Both the position numbers and the translations under genes were made by a program. From the NCBI GenBank assembly GCA_965645245.1, contig OZ287088.1, positions 682,001-746,000 on the forward strand: a DNA stretch of 64,000 bases. Direction: 5' to 3'. A model generated the notes under the pieces. That model saw nothing but the letters and a program-made list of their open reading frames with translations. It was not told the DNA's origin and did no database searches. Source of the DNA: Massalongia carnosa (lineage: Eukaryota). This document shows, one piece after another, positions 12,583 through 25,093 of the stretch; the first letter of the stretch is position 1, and every line of letters begins with the position of its first letter.

Positions 12583-14531
12583 ATGGGTTTAAATGAAGAA
12601 GAAATTCCAAGTGTTTCGGACAAATCGCCCATCTCAACGAAGCAGCATAAAATAAATCGCAAACGCACCATTGAGAGTATCTTGGCCGATATTTCCCCCC
12701 TATCCAACTACACTCCTATTTCAATCGATGATAGGTCTCCAAAGTCACTGGTTCATGGCCTTATTGACACTCCGCTGTAGCTTTTTCAGTTATTCATTAC
12801 GCCTCAGCATTGTCGTACTATCGCATGTCATACCAATATCAAGGCATACGATTATATGAAAAAGGAGAAAGAAAATAATCCTCGCGCATGACATGACACG
12901 ACTGGACCAGAAATAGAGGTGTTTTTGGGCATTCTTCTGTGTATAGGTATGAATCAGACGCCTGCTATAGAGGATTATTGGAATAGATGCTCTGATAAGC
13001 CTATTTTCATGCCTATTCAACAGGCTTTGTCCCTTAGACGATTCAAACAAATCAAAAGATTTTTGAAACTCAATAATAGGCGTATGGAGCCTTCGTGCAT
13101 GGGCAAAGGAGCTGATTGGTGGAAGAAATTAGAACCGCTTGCTACCGGTTTTCGTGAGGCCTCGTTGGAGTACTATAAACCAGGAAGCATCATATCAATT
13201 GACGAACAATTAATTAAATTCAAAGATCGATCACGTCATACTTTACAAATAACCTCAAAGCAGGCTGGCAAAGGAATTAAAGTTTATAGTCTTTGTCAGG
13301 ATAAGTATTTGATATCGTTTTTGTTTGCCTCCAAAGTGAGTTGACTGATTCTTCATTCTGACTTCGGACAATGATACACGAAACCGCTTTTTTTGCCGCA
13401 AAATCACACCGTTTTCCGTTTCTTTTCACGTAATAGGCTAGAATAACTAAAAAGAAGCAGGTCACGAAAATTAGTCAATTAAAAACAGCTAGACAATTGG
13501 GATTTTTAGCAAAAGATGGTCTTTCAGATAATGCTTTGTTGGTAATTCAGCTTTGTAAAACACTTCCCGAGCCACTGAATTATACTCTCTTCTGCGACAA
13601 TTTCTTTACCCGCACGAAGCTATTTAAAACTCTTCGATCACTAGGAATTGCTGCATGCGGGACAGCCAAAAAAGGCTCTGGATTTCCCGCGGAGTTGCTG
13701 GCCATGCGGGATGTTGCGGTCAAAGCCAAACATTGGAGACTACAGGCCAGTACAACTGTCGATAATTAGGTGCTTTGTATGGGCTGGGTAGATAACAACA
13801 CCGTTCAAATCATGACTACTCGTCATCATCCTCGAGAGCTTGATAGTTCGTACTATTTAAATCCGCTGAAAAGATATGGTATTCCTAAAGACTCCGCTCA
13901 ACTGATAATACCTTATTACCCATCGATCTATGCTAACACCACTTTGATGCTTGATCAATCATTTCCATAGCCGTTGGGCCTACCGATTCCCGCCCCAATC
14001 AGAGACTTCAATCTTCACATGGGCGGTTCAGACGGCAATGCTCAACAAAGAGCGGTTTATTCATACGAACGTCGAAGTGATCGGTATTGGTGACCGTTGT
14101 TCATCTTTTTATTAGATGCTGCTACGCTGAATGCATACAAGCTTTATTTATTAATTGATTCTAAAACAGAAGAGAAGAGACTCTCCCGTACGGATTTTAT
14201 TCATCATCTTTCTCTTGCTCTGATGAAGAACCCCGCTGGACAAACCTGACGATATGAGCCACAAGTAAGTGTACAAACCACGGTCGAGCCTCTGATCTCC
14301 TCTCTAAAGCATCATTATATTCATCTTGATAAGAAGCAGAGTTGCGTGCCCTGCAATGTCAACAAAACAAGGCCTTCCAAACGCAAAGGAGAACCATTGA
14401 CCGAAAGGTATGCAAATGGAAAGAAAAGAAAGCGACGAGGTGCTCAAATAATATGGGCACGCGGAGGATGTCATCCATTTAAACCTTGCTGTAAAAATCA
14501 GACCTGTTGGGAGGCATTACATCTGCACTGA
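12583..14531 (+). pseudogene. piggyBac-family transposase relic
   Basis: SIDEQLIKFKDRS, LFCDNFFT, WVDNNTV, FNLHMGGSD...RYW*PLF..LLD..TLNAY; Cys-rich C-terminus; several stops. Confidence 0.85.
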
Positions 14532-14698
14532 AACGTTGAATGAAATTCATGTATATAGTAGTTGATTGGGCGTTCTGTCAGAAAGGGTCAAATAGGGGTA
14601 TCAAGTACTTGATCTGATCGGTGGGTAATTGAGGTTTCGGGAGCTCTAAACAATCTATAGTTAGTGGGGGAGGGTGATGCCTTCGTGCCAGCGAGAGG

Positions 14699-14836
14699 GA
14701 TATCCTCTACTGCGCTAGTACCCATGTAGTATAGTCGTCATGGAATCTTCTAGTAGCTGCGGGAACGAAATCGAAAGTGCCTGCGTGTTCCATTGCCCTA
14801 GGCGGTGCCGAGGTCGTGCCGAGTAGAATCGTGACA
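14699..14836 (-). mobile_element. partial LTR, same family as 8952-9202
   Basis: Reverse complement of the first ~150 bp of the 8952 LTR, ending CGTGACA. Confidence 0.85.
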
Positions 14837-16087
14837 AAAACCTATCTCTGCATTCGTCCAATCATTAGGACTGACTTGCAGAGTGATCAGAGGATCAGCA
14901 ATGACCTCTAACCAATCTTTTTGAACCTGACTACCCTGGAAAATAACATAGGCAGTGAGAACTGTTCCGCAAAAGGATATGCATTCGATTAAAGAAACCC
15001 AGTCCTATTCCCTGAATGCACATTGAATGAGATTGTTTCCCTCTTGACTATCACTTTAGAACTATCCGCAATGCCCATGGCAGAACCCTTTTCATTCATA
15101 TTGTAAATATCTTTATCTGCGACTCCATACTTTGCTCGAGTGGTCATGTACAGTTCAAATCATTTGTAATAGGGTAGGCCTAGTATGCGTTCGTTGAACG
15201 TAAAACTGGCCTATGTTGCTATGTGGGATACGTACAGCCAAAACAACCACCAAGACAATAAGGTCCTGCCTAACCCAGTTTGGCATAGTATGGGGACTTA
15301 ACTTATTATGGAGGTGTTTTCGTAGTACACGAAGTATCCCCGCGCCTCGCCTCACCTCCCCTAGCTCGCCTGCCTAGTCTCATCTACCCGTGTCTTTCGG
15401 TGACCGAAGTGTTTCGGTGACCGAAAATACCAGGTAGTATGGGCAAGGTACGGCAGAAGAGCTTAGGTTGTGGATTGTCCTATTCTATATAGATGAATGA
15501 TCAAGCACTTCAAGAGGGTAGCATTTAGTCTACCCTTTGACCCGGCCCTACCTATTTTGTATCTCTATTGTTACCATCACGTTATGTAGCCCCTGTGGAT
15601 CCCATCTTCCAGTAGTGAATGCCTGCTGGGAGAAGGTCTCCCCGTTTCATCATTCCTTTAGGATTTTGGGATGACTTGCGTCTTTTCTGGATTGATCCAA
15701 GTTTCTTTTAAATTTAGTTCTGAATTGGGGATGTCTATTCATGAAATTTTTATATCAATGATGTCCTAGGGGTTTTGAGTCCCCTTTTGCTTTCAGCAGA
15801 CTTTTGATCATGTCCTCAAGAGGTTGAATACTAGGTGGCCAACCCCATGCAGTCATCCGATCTATCCACGTGATCAAGCCCTATTCTTCTTCTACTGATA
15901 GTCTTTGAGTGACCTCATGAGAGGTTTTTGCGTCCCGTCTGCCTCGAAGACGGGCCTGTAAGGTCGATCGGGGAACTCCGTAAATGCGCGCTATCTCTCG
16001 CTGCGAAATGCCCGGGTTTTTGAGTATTTCTTCAATAGCCAACTGTAATTTAGTAGCAGAGTCATGTACGGGTATGTTTTTAGGCAT
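14837..16087 (-). pseudogene. Fot1/pogo transposase fragment (HTH-Psq, CENP-B HTH, start of DDE)
   Basis: SQREIARIYGVPRSTLQARLRG...LSVEEE*; IYNMNEKG after the LTR insertion; 3' truncated. Confidence 0.8.
15165..15649. mobile_element. solo LTR (485 bp) in the pogo fragment
   Basis: TGTAAT...TTTCA with 5-bp TSD TCATT. Confidence 0.85.
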
Positions 16088-16204
16088 TTTATATATAGTT
16101 TATCGATAATGGAGTGATGATGGTGGATTGGAAGGAATAGATTAATATTCAGCTACTAGATTTCGAGGGGTGGCCCGATTGGGTGGCTGGCCCGAATGGG
16201 TCAA

Positions 16205-18110
16205 TAATCGTGCCACGCCTCACCCCCTAGCGGGGGTGCTGGCCACCCAAATGACGTACACAACCCATATGACGTTTTTTTTCGATTTTTGACTCCAACT
16301 ATTCAACGATCACCATTCAACAACACAATGCCTACCAATTATGAAAATTGGAGCATCATATTCAGGATGCCCTGGATGCTATTGGCGATGGCGAATACCG
16401 CTTTGCAACCGATGCTGCCGTCGCATTCAACGTCAAAGTCAGAACTCTTCGGAGACGCATGCTGGAACCCATACTTCCTTCTTTGAACGTGAGCCTCATG
16501 GTCATGCTCTAACTGACGATTAAAGAGGTGCAATAGTCATATATTTGACAAGACTGGATAAACTATCGATTTCTGCGCCCATCAGGCATCTGCGGGGTGC
16601 AGCAAATTACCTTCTTGCTCAAGCGAATCCTGTCGATCCTCCCCGAGTCGGACAGCACTGGCCAGCACGATTTCTAGCTCAGCACCCTCAATTTCATAGG
16701 AGGAAGCAGACACCTCTTGCAGTCGAAAGGAAGACTTCCCTACAAACGATGTTGCAAAGGCTTACTTCCATGAATTTCGTCAAATTTGTCACGAGAAGGG
16801 GATCGGACCCGAAGATATTTGGAACATGGACGAGTCAGGCTTTCGGATAGGCGTTGGCAGGGGTTATACTGTTATCACATTGCTTCCCAAAGGTCCTGTT
16901 CGTGTTACTGATCCGGGTGTACGTGATCTGATCAGTGACGTTGAAAGTATTAGTGGTGGAGGAGCGACGATCCCTCCGATGCTCATCGTGCCCGGAGTTT
17001 ATATTCTAAATAAATGGGTGCAAGAAAACGACCTCGACGACGATATACTGCTTGCTACTACTTCCTCTGGGTATTCCGATGATGTTAAGGCTTATGAGTG
17101 GATACAGCACTTTGAAAAACATAGTAGGAAGACCCAGGTAGGTGGCTGGAGACTCCTCATCATGGACAATTATGGATCTCATCTTACATACGAATTTATT
17201 GAGTACTGCAATCACAAGAATATCATCTTGTTGGGTCTTCCCCCGCATTCTACATATGTTACTTAGCCATTGGATGTGGGAATATTTCAGCCCATGAAGC
17301 ATTATTATTCCGTAATTGACGATGCTGTTCGACTCAGGAGCGACAATTTCAACAAACAAGACTTTTTTGCCGCTTTCACAGACATGTGAGCAAAAGCCTT
17401 TACTAGATCAAATATTCTATCGGCCTTTGAACACACTGGTCTAATTCCTTACTCACCTAAGATAGTTCTAGATAAAATAAGTGGCTGGCAACCCCCTTCA
17501 AAGGAGCCAACTCCGGACCCTTTCGGCTCGTCACAATCCTTTCAAGGCACTCCACATGGTCCTAAGCAGTTGTTTAGACGCGGAAGGGAGTTACAAAGAG
17601 GTCTAGAAGACTTTTATCTGCCCGAGGATCGTCGTAAAAAGATGGATCAATATTCAAAGGGGTCGCTCGAAGCTGCGAATTCGCTAGCGTTGGCGGAGTG
17701 AGACATTGCAGCCACTCAAAATCATCACAAACAACGCTCAAAAAGAGAAGCACTAGATGGATCGCTTGCTCAAAAGGGCGGTGTTATAACTGTGGGCGAC
17801 GCAAGAGGAAAAAGTAAGGCCTGGAGGATAGAGAAAGCGGCTAAACATAATAGAGCGAAGGAGCGGCAAGAGAGGATCGATGCAAATGCACGAAATAAGT
17901 GGAATAAACAGTGCGCCAAAGGCTTCAAATTGATAGGTAAGAAAGCTGATCAGTGGATCAACACCTGGATAGAGTTATTAGACATAGAATATGAGGATAG
18001 GGCTACCTTTGAGGAGGTAATAGAACTTTTTAATTAAAAACGTCATATGGGTGGTGTACGTCATTTGGGTGGCCAGCACCCCCGCTAGGGGATGAGGTGT
18101 GGCACGATTA
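16205..18110 (+). mobile_element. Fot1/pogo (Tc1/mariner) transposon with a degenerate transposase
   Basis: ~75-bp TIRs starting TAATCGTGCCAC (16205-16280 / 18037-18110); WNMDESGF, LIMDNYGSH, LPPHSTY..*PLDVGIF; frameshifts and stops. Confidence 0.9.
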
Positions 18111-21100
18111 CGGCATCTACGCTTTCCGTAGGTGGCCTGTCCATGTAGGGCAGCCGTAGGTGCTATGTTCATTGAAATAATAGGTGTTCATTGTGCTGGT
18201 AGGAATTGAATATTCAACACCCCCCCTCAAGTCCTACCAGTACTTGTTTCCATCGTGGATTCAACCGTGGTTGAACTTCTTTACCTCTCATGTCTGTTTG
18301 TCTATGTTGAGCTGTCTGATAAAGGAGAATAACTTGACGTGCGGGGGGGGTTTTGTCAGTCCATTTGCAATCATGTCTTCGGTCGGAACATAGGTGAGGT
18401 CGATTCTTCCTTCTAGCACCTCGTTTCGTATGAAGTGGTGCTGAATGTCGATATGCTTGGTCCTGGAGTGTAATACGGGGTAATTGGCCAGTGCTATGGC
18501 GCTTTGATTGTCGCCTTTTAATGCAATTGTGCCTTCTCCTCTTAACACGTTTATTGTCGGAGATCCGTCATCAGAAGTTATCAATCGGAGTTCGGTCATC
18601 AGTAAACGTAGCCATGTGGCCTCTTTTGCTGTTAAGGTGAGTGCCATATACTCTACTTCGGTTGATGACAATGCGACGGTCGTTTGTCTTTTGGAACACC
18701 AGCTTATTGGTCCATTTTTCAGCATAAACACGTAACCCGAGGTGGATTTTCGCTGTTCTTTGTCTCCGGCCCAGTCGGAGTCAGAATATCCTTGTATAAA
18801 TAAATCTCCCCCACCGAAGGTGATGCCTCTATTCTTGGTACCGCTAAGGTATCTGAGAATGTGTTTGACCGCTTCCATATGAGTTTTGCCTGGATTCTTT
18901 GCATGTCGATTGACTACGGACGTTGCGAAAGCTATGTCTAGCCTGGTTTCTATCATTGCGAACATGATGGATCTGACCATGGTTTGATATTGCTTTATGT
19001 CCTTGTCGGAGGCCTGAGATTCATTGATGAAGAGACAGCCTTCTCGCATGGGAGTGCTTGTTGTCTTTGCGTTTTGCATATGGAATCGTTCCAATACCTT
19101 CTCGATATAGGCTGGTTGAGATAGCTTTATGGATTTGTTGACTCGATCTCGTTGGACTTTGAGGCCTAGATAGTAGCTGATTGGTCCCATGTCTACCATC
19201 TTGAAAGCTAGCTTGAGCTGTTTCTTGACTTCGGTGATCATCGGGGATCCCTTTGGGCCTATGATGTTCAAATCGTCAACGAAAGAGGTAACAATGGGTC
19301 CTTTTATCCCTTGAGGTGTGAAGAAGATGCTATGATCTGCGTGGAGTTTCTCCAGTCCTAAGTTGCTCAATAGAAAAGCTGAAAGTCGTTCATACAGAGA
19401 CGCGGTGTAGAAGTATGAGGTTATTCATTTTGTTATATTCATGATTCTATAACTCTCTCCTTCTAAAGTCTAAAATCATCCAAGTCCAGGATCCCCCACA
19501 CTAGTTACGAAAGAATCGCCCACGCTAACGAATCGATTTTTATCTCGTTTTTTTTGGAAGAATCAGCAGCTGTTGGTTGCATCGGTTCATTGGTAGGTTG
19601 TGGCTCCAGGTAGTGTGGCTGTGCTGATTTGGCTCTAGGTCATCTGCATCTGTTCGACAAAGGTGTGGAACTTTGCGTGCGTTAGAGCCTTTGTCAGGCC
19701 GTCGGCGATCATCTCCCCAGTTGGCACGTAGGTCAACTCGATTCTCTTTGCCTCCACCTCGTCTCGGATGTAATGGTGCTGGATATCGATGTGTTTGGTC
19801 CTGGCATGGAATACTGGGTTGTGTGCCAGAGCAAGAGATCCTTGGTTGTCACCTTTGAGTGAAACAGTGGGGTCTCCGTCGCTGGGCTTGAGGCTGTTGA
19901 GTCAGCCCTGCACCCGATATGAATATACTGTGGTCTGCATGGATGCGTTTCAAGCCTAGTTTCTCGAGGAGGAAGGCTGAAAAGGGTTCGTACCAGAGGC
20001 GGGGAGATTTTTTGAGGCCGAAGATAGCTTTCAACAGTTTGCAAACCATATTCTTTGTGGCTTCTGTCTCAGTTCCCTTTGGAATCTCCATATATATCAG
20101 TTGATCAATGAGGCCATAGAGAAAAGCCGTTTTACGTCCATCTGGTCGATGTCCAGGTCGAAGAAGGCGGCAAGGGCGAACAGGGTTCTGAAGGCCATTG
20201 GCTTCACCACGGATGCGTAGGTTTGATCGAAATCAACACCAAACTGTTGTAGGTACCCTTTGATAACCCATCTGGCTTTGAATCTAGATACCTTGCCTTC
20301 GACATCACGCTTAACCTTGTACACCCACTTCCCCCCCAGAGGTCGATGACCTGACTCCATCTCGTTCTTTGGTATGAGAACCCAGGTCTTGTTTTCGTGT
20401 AGAGAGTCTATTTCTTCTTTCATTGCCTGTGCCCACTGCGAGGCGTGGGGGCATTGCATTGCCCTGTTGTATGACTCAGGTTCTTCGACATCTAATTGGG
20501 TGGCAAGGACGTAGTCTCCTTTACTTTGGGCGTTGGCCTGAATGAGCCTCGAAGTCAAGATTGTGTATGGGTCGTCGTCTGCGTCATGGCCGTCCTCCTC
20601 GCATTCGATGTTTGTCAGGAACGCGTTTGCTTTTTCCTCCGAGTTGTGTTCCCAGTCAAGGTCTAGCAGCTTGCTGAGATGTACTATCAGATCTTGATCT
20701 TGAGCCTTTTGTGTAGGCCTTATCGTTCGGCCAGACCGAGACTTCCTTGTCTCCGTAGTTTCATTTGACGCTCCAGTAGTTTCATCTCTAGTAGTGACCT
20801 TTCGGCCCTTCCTAGGGGTTACTTTGCTGGGAGTTGACTCGCTGGCACCTGTTGCATTGTTGACCTTTCGGCCTACATCCAACATCTGTGTGTCGCTCGT
20901 CGCCTCGTCATCGTCATCGGAGAGTAAGAAACCTGAGAAGGTGGGAGTGTTTTTATATTCAGGAAGCTCGGTGGACGTCTTGGCCTCGTAGTCTTCAAAG
21001 ATTCTGAGATCTTTGATGCGAATGACTTTGTTCTGTTCTCGGATGTGGACTCTGTAGATTGTATGACCATCGTATCCAACAAGAATACCGCGTAAGGCTC

Positions 21101-21190
21101 GTGGGTTCCACTTCTCAGACTTTAAGGCTCGTTCCTCTTCGTGTAGAAGAACGTACACTGTCGAGCCTAACACTCCGAGGTGTTGGATAT

Positions 21191-21639
21191 TGTTGAAACG
21201 CGCCTGGATAATGGGAGGCAGGTTGTCTGGGACGATAAAGGTACAAGAATAAGTGCTGAATAGCTGAATATTTATTACACCGAATAGCTACCTGATAACG
21301 ACTGAATAGATAAAATACATGAGAAATCAACGCCTTATAATATCTAAAGAATATTACCCCTATTCGGCTTTGCTGACCGAACTTCGCAACTTTCGAATGT
21401 ATGAAGCCGAAAGGATTGATAATCTGATGAGGCTATTGTCGCCATGTATGTCAAAATAGCTACTATAGCTTATTCATCTTCTCGCGGTTTATCATACCGT
21501 AAAAGAGTGATTTGAAATCTCATCCCGCCACATTAGAAATCGAAACTCGTTAAATATTCTGCGATTTCCCAGTTAAGCTTAGCTAAAAATAGTTATGCGG
21601 GAACTCAAGAAAATGCGGCAACTTAGGAAATTCGCAACA
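21191..21639. mobile_element. solo LTR (449 bp) in the Copia B integrase
   Basis: TGTTG...CAACA, 5-bp TSD GATAT; removal restores HPDIQHLGVLGSTVY. Confidence 0.9.
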
Positions 21640-22460
21640 GATATCTGGGTGGATTTTCTGCTGTGCATGTTAGGGGTTGTCTCCACCTAAAGCCTTCGTG
21701 GGGCGAACGTTTTTGACGTACGTCATCGCAAGACTAGTTCGTGTCAATCTCGTTATATTGCTACTAAGTATGTTTGGGCTATTGCTCACAGCCCCCGGCC
21801 TCGAGAGGGGGACTCGATAAGGGCCTTGCTGTCTACTAATGTAAGACCCTCTCGCAGGCCTTGGGCTGTGAACAGACTCCCTCTATCTAAGCGACAGAAG
21901 AACTGGAGTGGGTGGGTGGGAAAGAAAACGTTGCAAACAGTGCTATCAAAATGCTATGCTTTTTGATTGTCTTGAGATGTGAGATGATGAGGGATACCGT
22001 CTGGGACCTCCTCTTTATATATCTTCTTCCTATTCTCCTTGTCCTACTCTACCATCCCAGTATGCCCCATCAACGCGGCCCATAGCAAGGCATACACAAA
22101 TCCGAAACCTAACTGTCGTCCGAAGGATCGATGCGGTGCTAAGATCTCTATGCCGTGCTGAGACATCCTTATGGTGCTGAGACATCTATGCCGTCCGAGA
22201 GATCCATGCGGTGCCGAAATCAAAGCGGGAGCTGTCTCGATTAACGACGCACTAGCTCTCAGCATAGCCGAACTAGCTAGTTCGTGTCAATCTCGTTATA
22301 TTGCTACTAAGTATGTTTGGGCTATTGCTCACAGCCCCCGGCCTCGAGAGGGGGACTCGATAAGGGCCTTGCTGTCTACTAATGTAAGACCCTCTCGCAG
22401 GCCTTGGGCTGTGAACAGACTCCCAATCCCCAACATGGAACGGCCCGCTTGCGGTGTTGT

Positions 22461-23516
22461 TCAGGACCTAGTGACTGGATTGTGAGGTTCCGTGGGTAAT
22501 GTTTGAAGGCGTTTTGAGGCGTTAAGAAGGTAAGTGGGGTGGGTTTGTATGTAAAGCTTGTATGCGTCTGACTTCCATCTTCCTAGCATCTGAATCTCGT
22601 CTTCGGTGAGTCCTGCCCGTCGCGCTGTTGTTGCCGCACCTCTTCTGAACGAGTGGCCAGAGAAATTTCCTATATAGCCCAAGTTCCTTAAGGTGGATTT
22701 CATCGCTGTTGTAATGTAGTCTCGAGTGAAGGACTGACCGTTTTTAAAGAGTGGTGCGGCCGGAGAACTTGGGAATCGCCTATATAAATTTGTAAGAGAA
22801 GCTAGTGCACAAGCAACATCGTTGGTAGCCGCAATTGTCAGTGTTATGCCTCGGCGAAAGGGATCGGTTTTGGAGACTGGTAGAGAGAGCTGTAGGTGAT
22901 CTGCTTCGAACCTAATAGATTTTCTGGTGAGGTGCCATTGATCAAAGCTTGGGTCTAGTACATCTTGCGTTGTGTAAGTAAATTCTCCGGCTCGTAAGAA
23001 GCCTGCAAACGCTAAGCAGTACGCCGCATGTAAATTTGCGCCTTTCTCTTTCGTTTGATCAAGACGACTTAGCAATTTGATTAAGATCTCTCTAGTAATT
23101 GGTAACCTTTCACGTTTCTCGGCTTCACCGTTCTTTCGCTTTATGCCAGTAAGGATGCGATCTAACACCGGGTGATGAAATACGTCGAGATTACCGAGGC
23201 CCATATCTATCTGGCATGATCTTATGCCCGTCAAGTAGCTCTTAATAGTTTTTGGTTGCAGGCGTCGTTCACCCAACGCTGCGATCCACGAAGACAGCGT
23301 CCGGATGTTGGCTGGAAATGGTGGCGCGTTGAGGTTTACCCTACAGTAAAGAACGTATCCCTTTCTTGCCGTTGTGTATAAAGATCTTGTCTTAGTGGCC
23401 AGGCCCCACCAGAGGTATCGTGCTGCGATTTCGTCTAGAGGTACCTCACTGTACCAAGATGGGGGTGGATCGCGTCCTATATTGCTGAGGGTAGAGCCTG
23501 AAACTGAGGGATTTTG
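22461..23516 (-). CDS. tyrosine recombinase of the Ngaro element (open frame lacks an ATG at its 5' end)
   Basis: FAGFLRAGE (R), SKTD (K), SGHSFRRGAAT (HxxR), LGRWKSDAYKLY (W/Y); frame open from 23516. Confidence 0.92.
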   Translation of the reverse strand, partial: QNPSVSGSTLSNIGRDPPPSWYSEVPLDEIAARYLWWGLATKTRSLYTTARKGYVLYCRVNLNAPPFPANIRTLSSWIAALGERRLQPKTIKSYLTGIRSCQIDMGLGNLDVFHHPVLDRILTGIKRKNGEAEKRERLPITREILIKLLSRLDQTKEKGANLHAAYCLAFAGFLRAGEFTYTTQDVLDPSFDQWHLTRKSIRFEADHLQLSLPVSKTDPFRRGITLTIAATNDVACALASLTNLYRRFPSSPAAPLFKNGQSFTRDYITTAMKSTLRNLGYIGNFSGHSFRRGAATTARRAGLTEDEIQMLGRWKSDAYKLYIQTHPTYLLNASKRLQTLPTEPHNPVTRS

Positions 23517-25093
23517 TCAGCCAGTTTCTTCAAAAGTCCTCTAGACAAGAGATCAGCAATATAATTTTCTTTGGATGATATCCATCGCGCTTCTATCTGG
23601 ATATCATGTAATGCAGCTAGCATTGTAATTGCCCGCAGGGCATGCATTGCTTGGCCTCGTATAGAGGTTTTATTCACTCCTTTCGTGACAGCGTAGCTAT
23701 CACAATAGAGGATTAAATGACTACCCTTGCATATAGGTAGCCACTTTTTCATAGCTTGAAGAATTGCTGTCATTTCTTTGACGTTGATATGCTTTGCCCT
23801 AAGGCGCGTAGTAAAGCGTGTGCTAAAAGCCTGCCGGGCTGCTTGTATATTATGCAAATTTTGATCCTCGCTGAGGATAAAGCCGCCCATACCATATGAG
23901 CCGGACGCATCTGTCCATATTCTCATAGTATGTCTAGTACGGTTGAGCAGATGTATGCCATTCCATTTAGGTAGGAAATGATGCCACCATAGAAGATCAG
24001 CCCTCATGTCCTTGTTAAGATGGATTAGTTTAGAGGTTACGCTTGCCGTAGCATTGAAAAGACGGCGTAGAAAGGCTCTTCCTGGTTTTACCACTCTGGC
24101 TGCAAAGCATAAGAATCCTAGAAGAGAGTCGAGTTCCTTCCTGGGTATGGCTTTTTTATTCAAAGCTGCCGATACTAGGGTCTTTGCTTTTAGTAACTTT
24201 TCGGAAGGCAAGCGTGCTTCCATGAGCGCGGTATCGATTTCAATGCCGAGGAAATCGCAAGTCGTTCCAGTTCTGTTCTTTTCGAGCTTGATTTTCATGC
24301 CAAGATCTTTACAAATGTTGTGGAAAACTTGATCAAACTTTTCAGCATCTGGTCCGGTGCTGACTATTATTAAAAAATCATCCAAGTAATGAATAGCGTC
24401 TTTCCAACCACAGTTGTACAATATCCAGTTGATACCCTTCGCGAACAGATCAAAAAGGAACGGCGACGTTCTCAGCCCAAAGGGTAAGTATTTATCCATC
24501 CAAAAGGAATCCTGCCACTTGAAACCTAGTAACCACCAATCGCTTTTTGCTACTGGTATGTGGCGAAAAGCGTCCGCAAAGTCTCTTTTAATAAGAATAC
24601 ACCCTGGCCCGCGTTGCTCAATCAACCTAATGGCTTCGTCGAAGCTGGTATATTCCAGGGAGCCCCAGTCTTCCGGTATGTGGTCGTTGACTGAGCTACT
24701 CTCCGGATACGATAGATGATGGATTCGCCGCCAACCACCGTTAGCCTTTGGTACAAGGCCTAATGGGGAACATATAAAGCAAGAAGGAATGTTGTTGACT
24801 TTCTCCAACCGATTACTAGCTATTTGTTCTTCGAGGTCATTGGTAAGAACTTCCGGTGCCTCATTTGCAGAGGCAAGATTATCGCTAATAATGAGTTGAT
24901 GTGCTCCTGTATAACCAACTTTGGCACCGTAGGTGATGATATCGATAATTGTTTGTGTGTAAGTGCGATCCGGGTGATTGGCCAAATGTTTCTCCCAGCC
25001 TTCTTTCTTCAATGGGCCCGGTGGGATCTTTGTTAGATTGTCCGTCAAGGTGTATGGAAAGGACTCCGCGATGGATAAGAATGGGGCGGTTAG
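23477..25093 (-). CDS. reverse transcriptase / RNase H of the Ngaro element, in frame with gag after one UGA
   Basis: KRDFADAFRHIP, LPFGLRTSP, HYLDDF, WTDASG, HINVKE, CDS, NYIADLLSR. Confidence 0.93.
   Translation of the reverse strand, partial: LTAPFLSIAESFPYTLTDNLTKIPPGPLKKEGWEKHLANHPDRTYTQTIIDIITYGAKVGYTGAHQLIISDNLASANEAPEVLTNDLEEQIASNRLEKVNNIPSCFICSPLGLVPKANGGWRRIHHLSYPESSSVNDHIPEDWGSLEYTSFDEAIRLIEQRGPGCILIKRDFADAFRHIPVAKSDWWLLGFKWQDSFWMDKYLPFGLRTSPFLFDLFAKGINWILYNCGWKDAIHYLDDFLIIVSTGPDAEKFDQVFHNICKDLGMKIKLEKNRTGTTCDFLGIEIDTALMEARLPSEKLLKAKTLVSAALNKKAIPRKELDSLLGFLCFAARVVKPGRAFLRRLFNATASVTSKLIHLNKDMRADLLWWHHFLPKWNGIHLLNRTRHTMRIWTDASGSYGMGGFILSEDQNLHNIQAARQAFSTRFTTRLRAKHINVKEMTAILQAMKKWLPICKGSHLILYCDSYAVTKGVNKTSIRGQAMHALRAITMLAALHDIQIEARWISSKENYIADLLSRGLLKKLADKIPQFQALPSAI

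Noticed and set aside
22461..23516. Tyrosine recombinase as a Starship captain, Crypton or phage integrase
   Set aside because: It is short, lies directly after RT/RNase H and sits inside split direct repeats, so it is a Ngaro retrotransposon YR, not DUF3435
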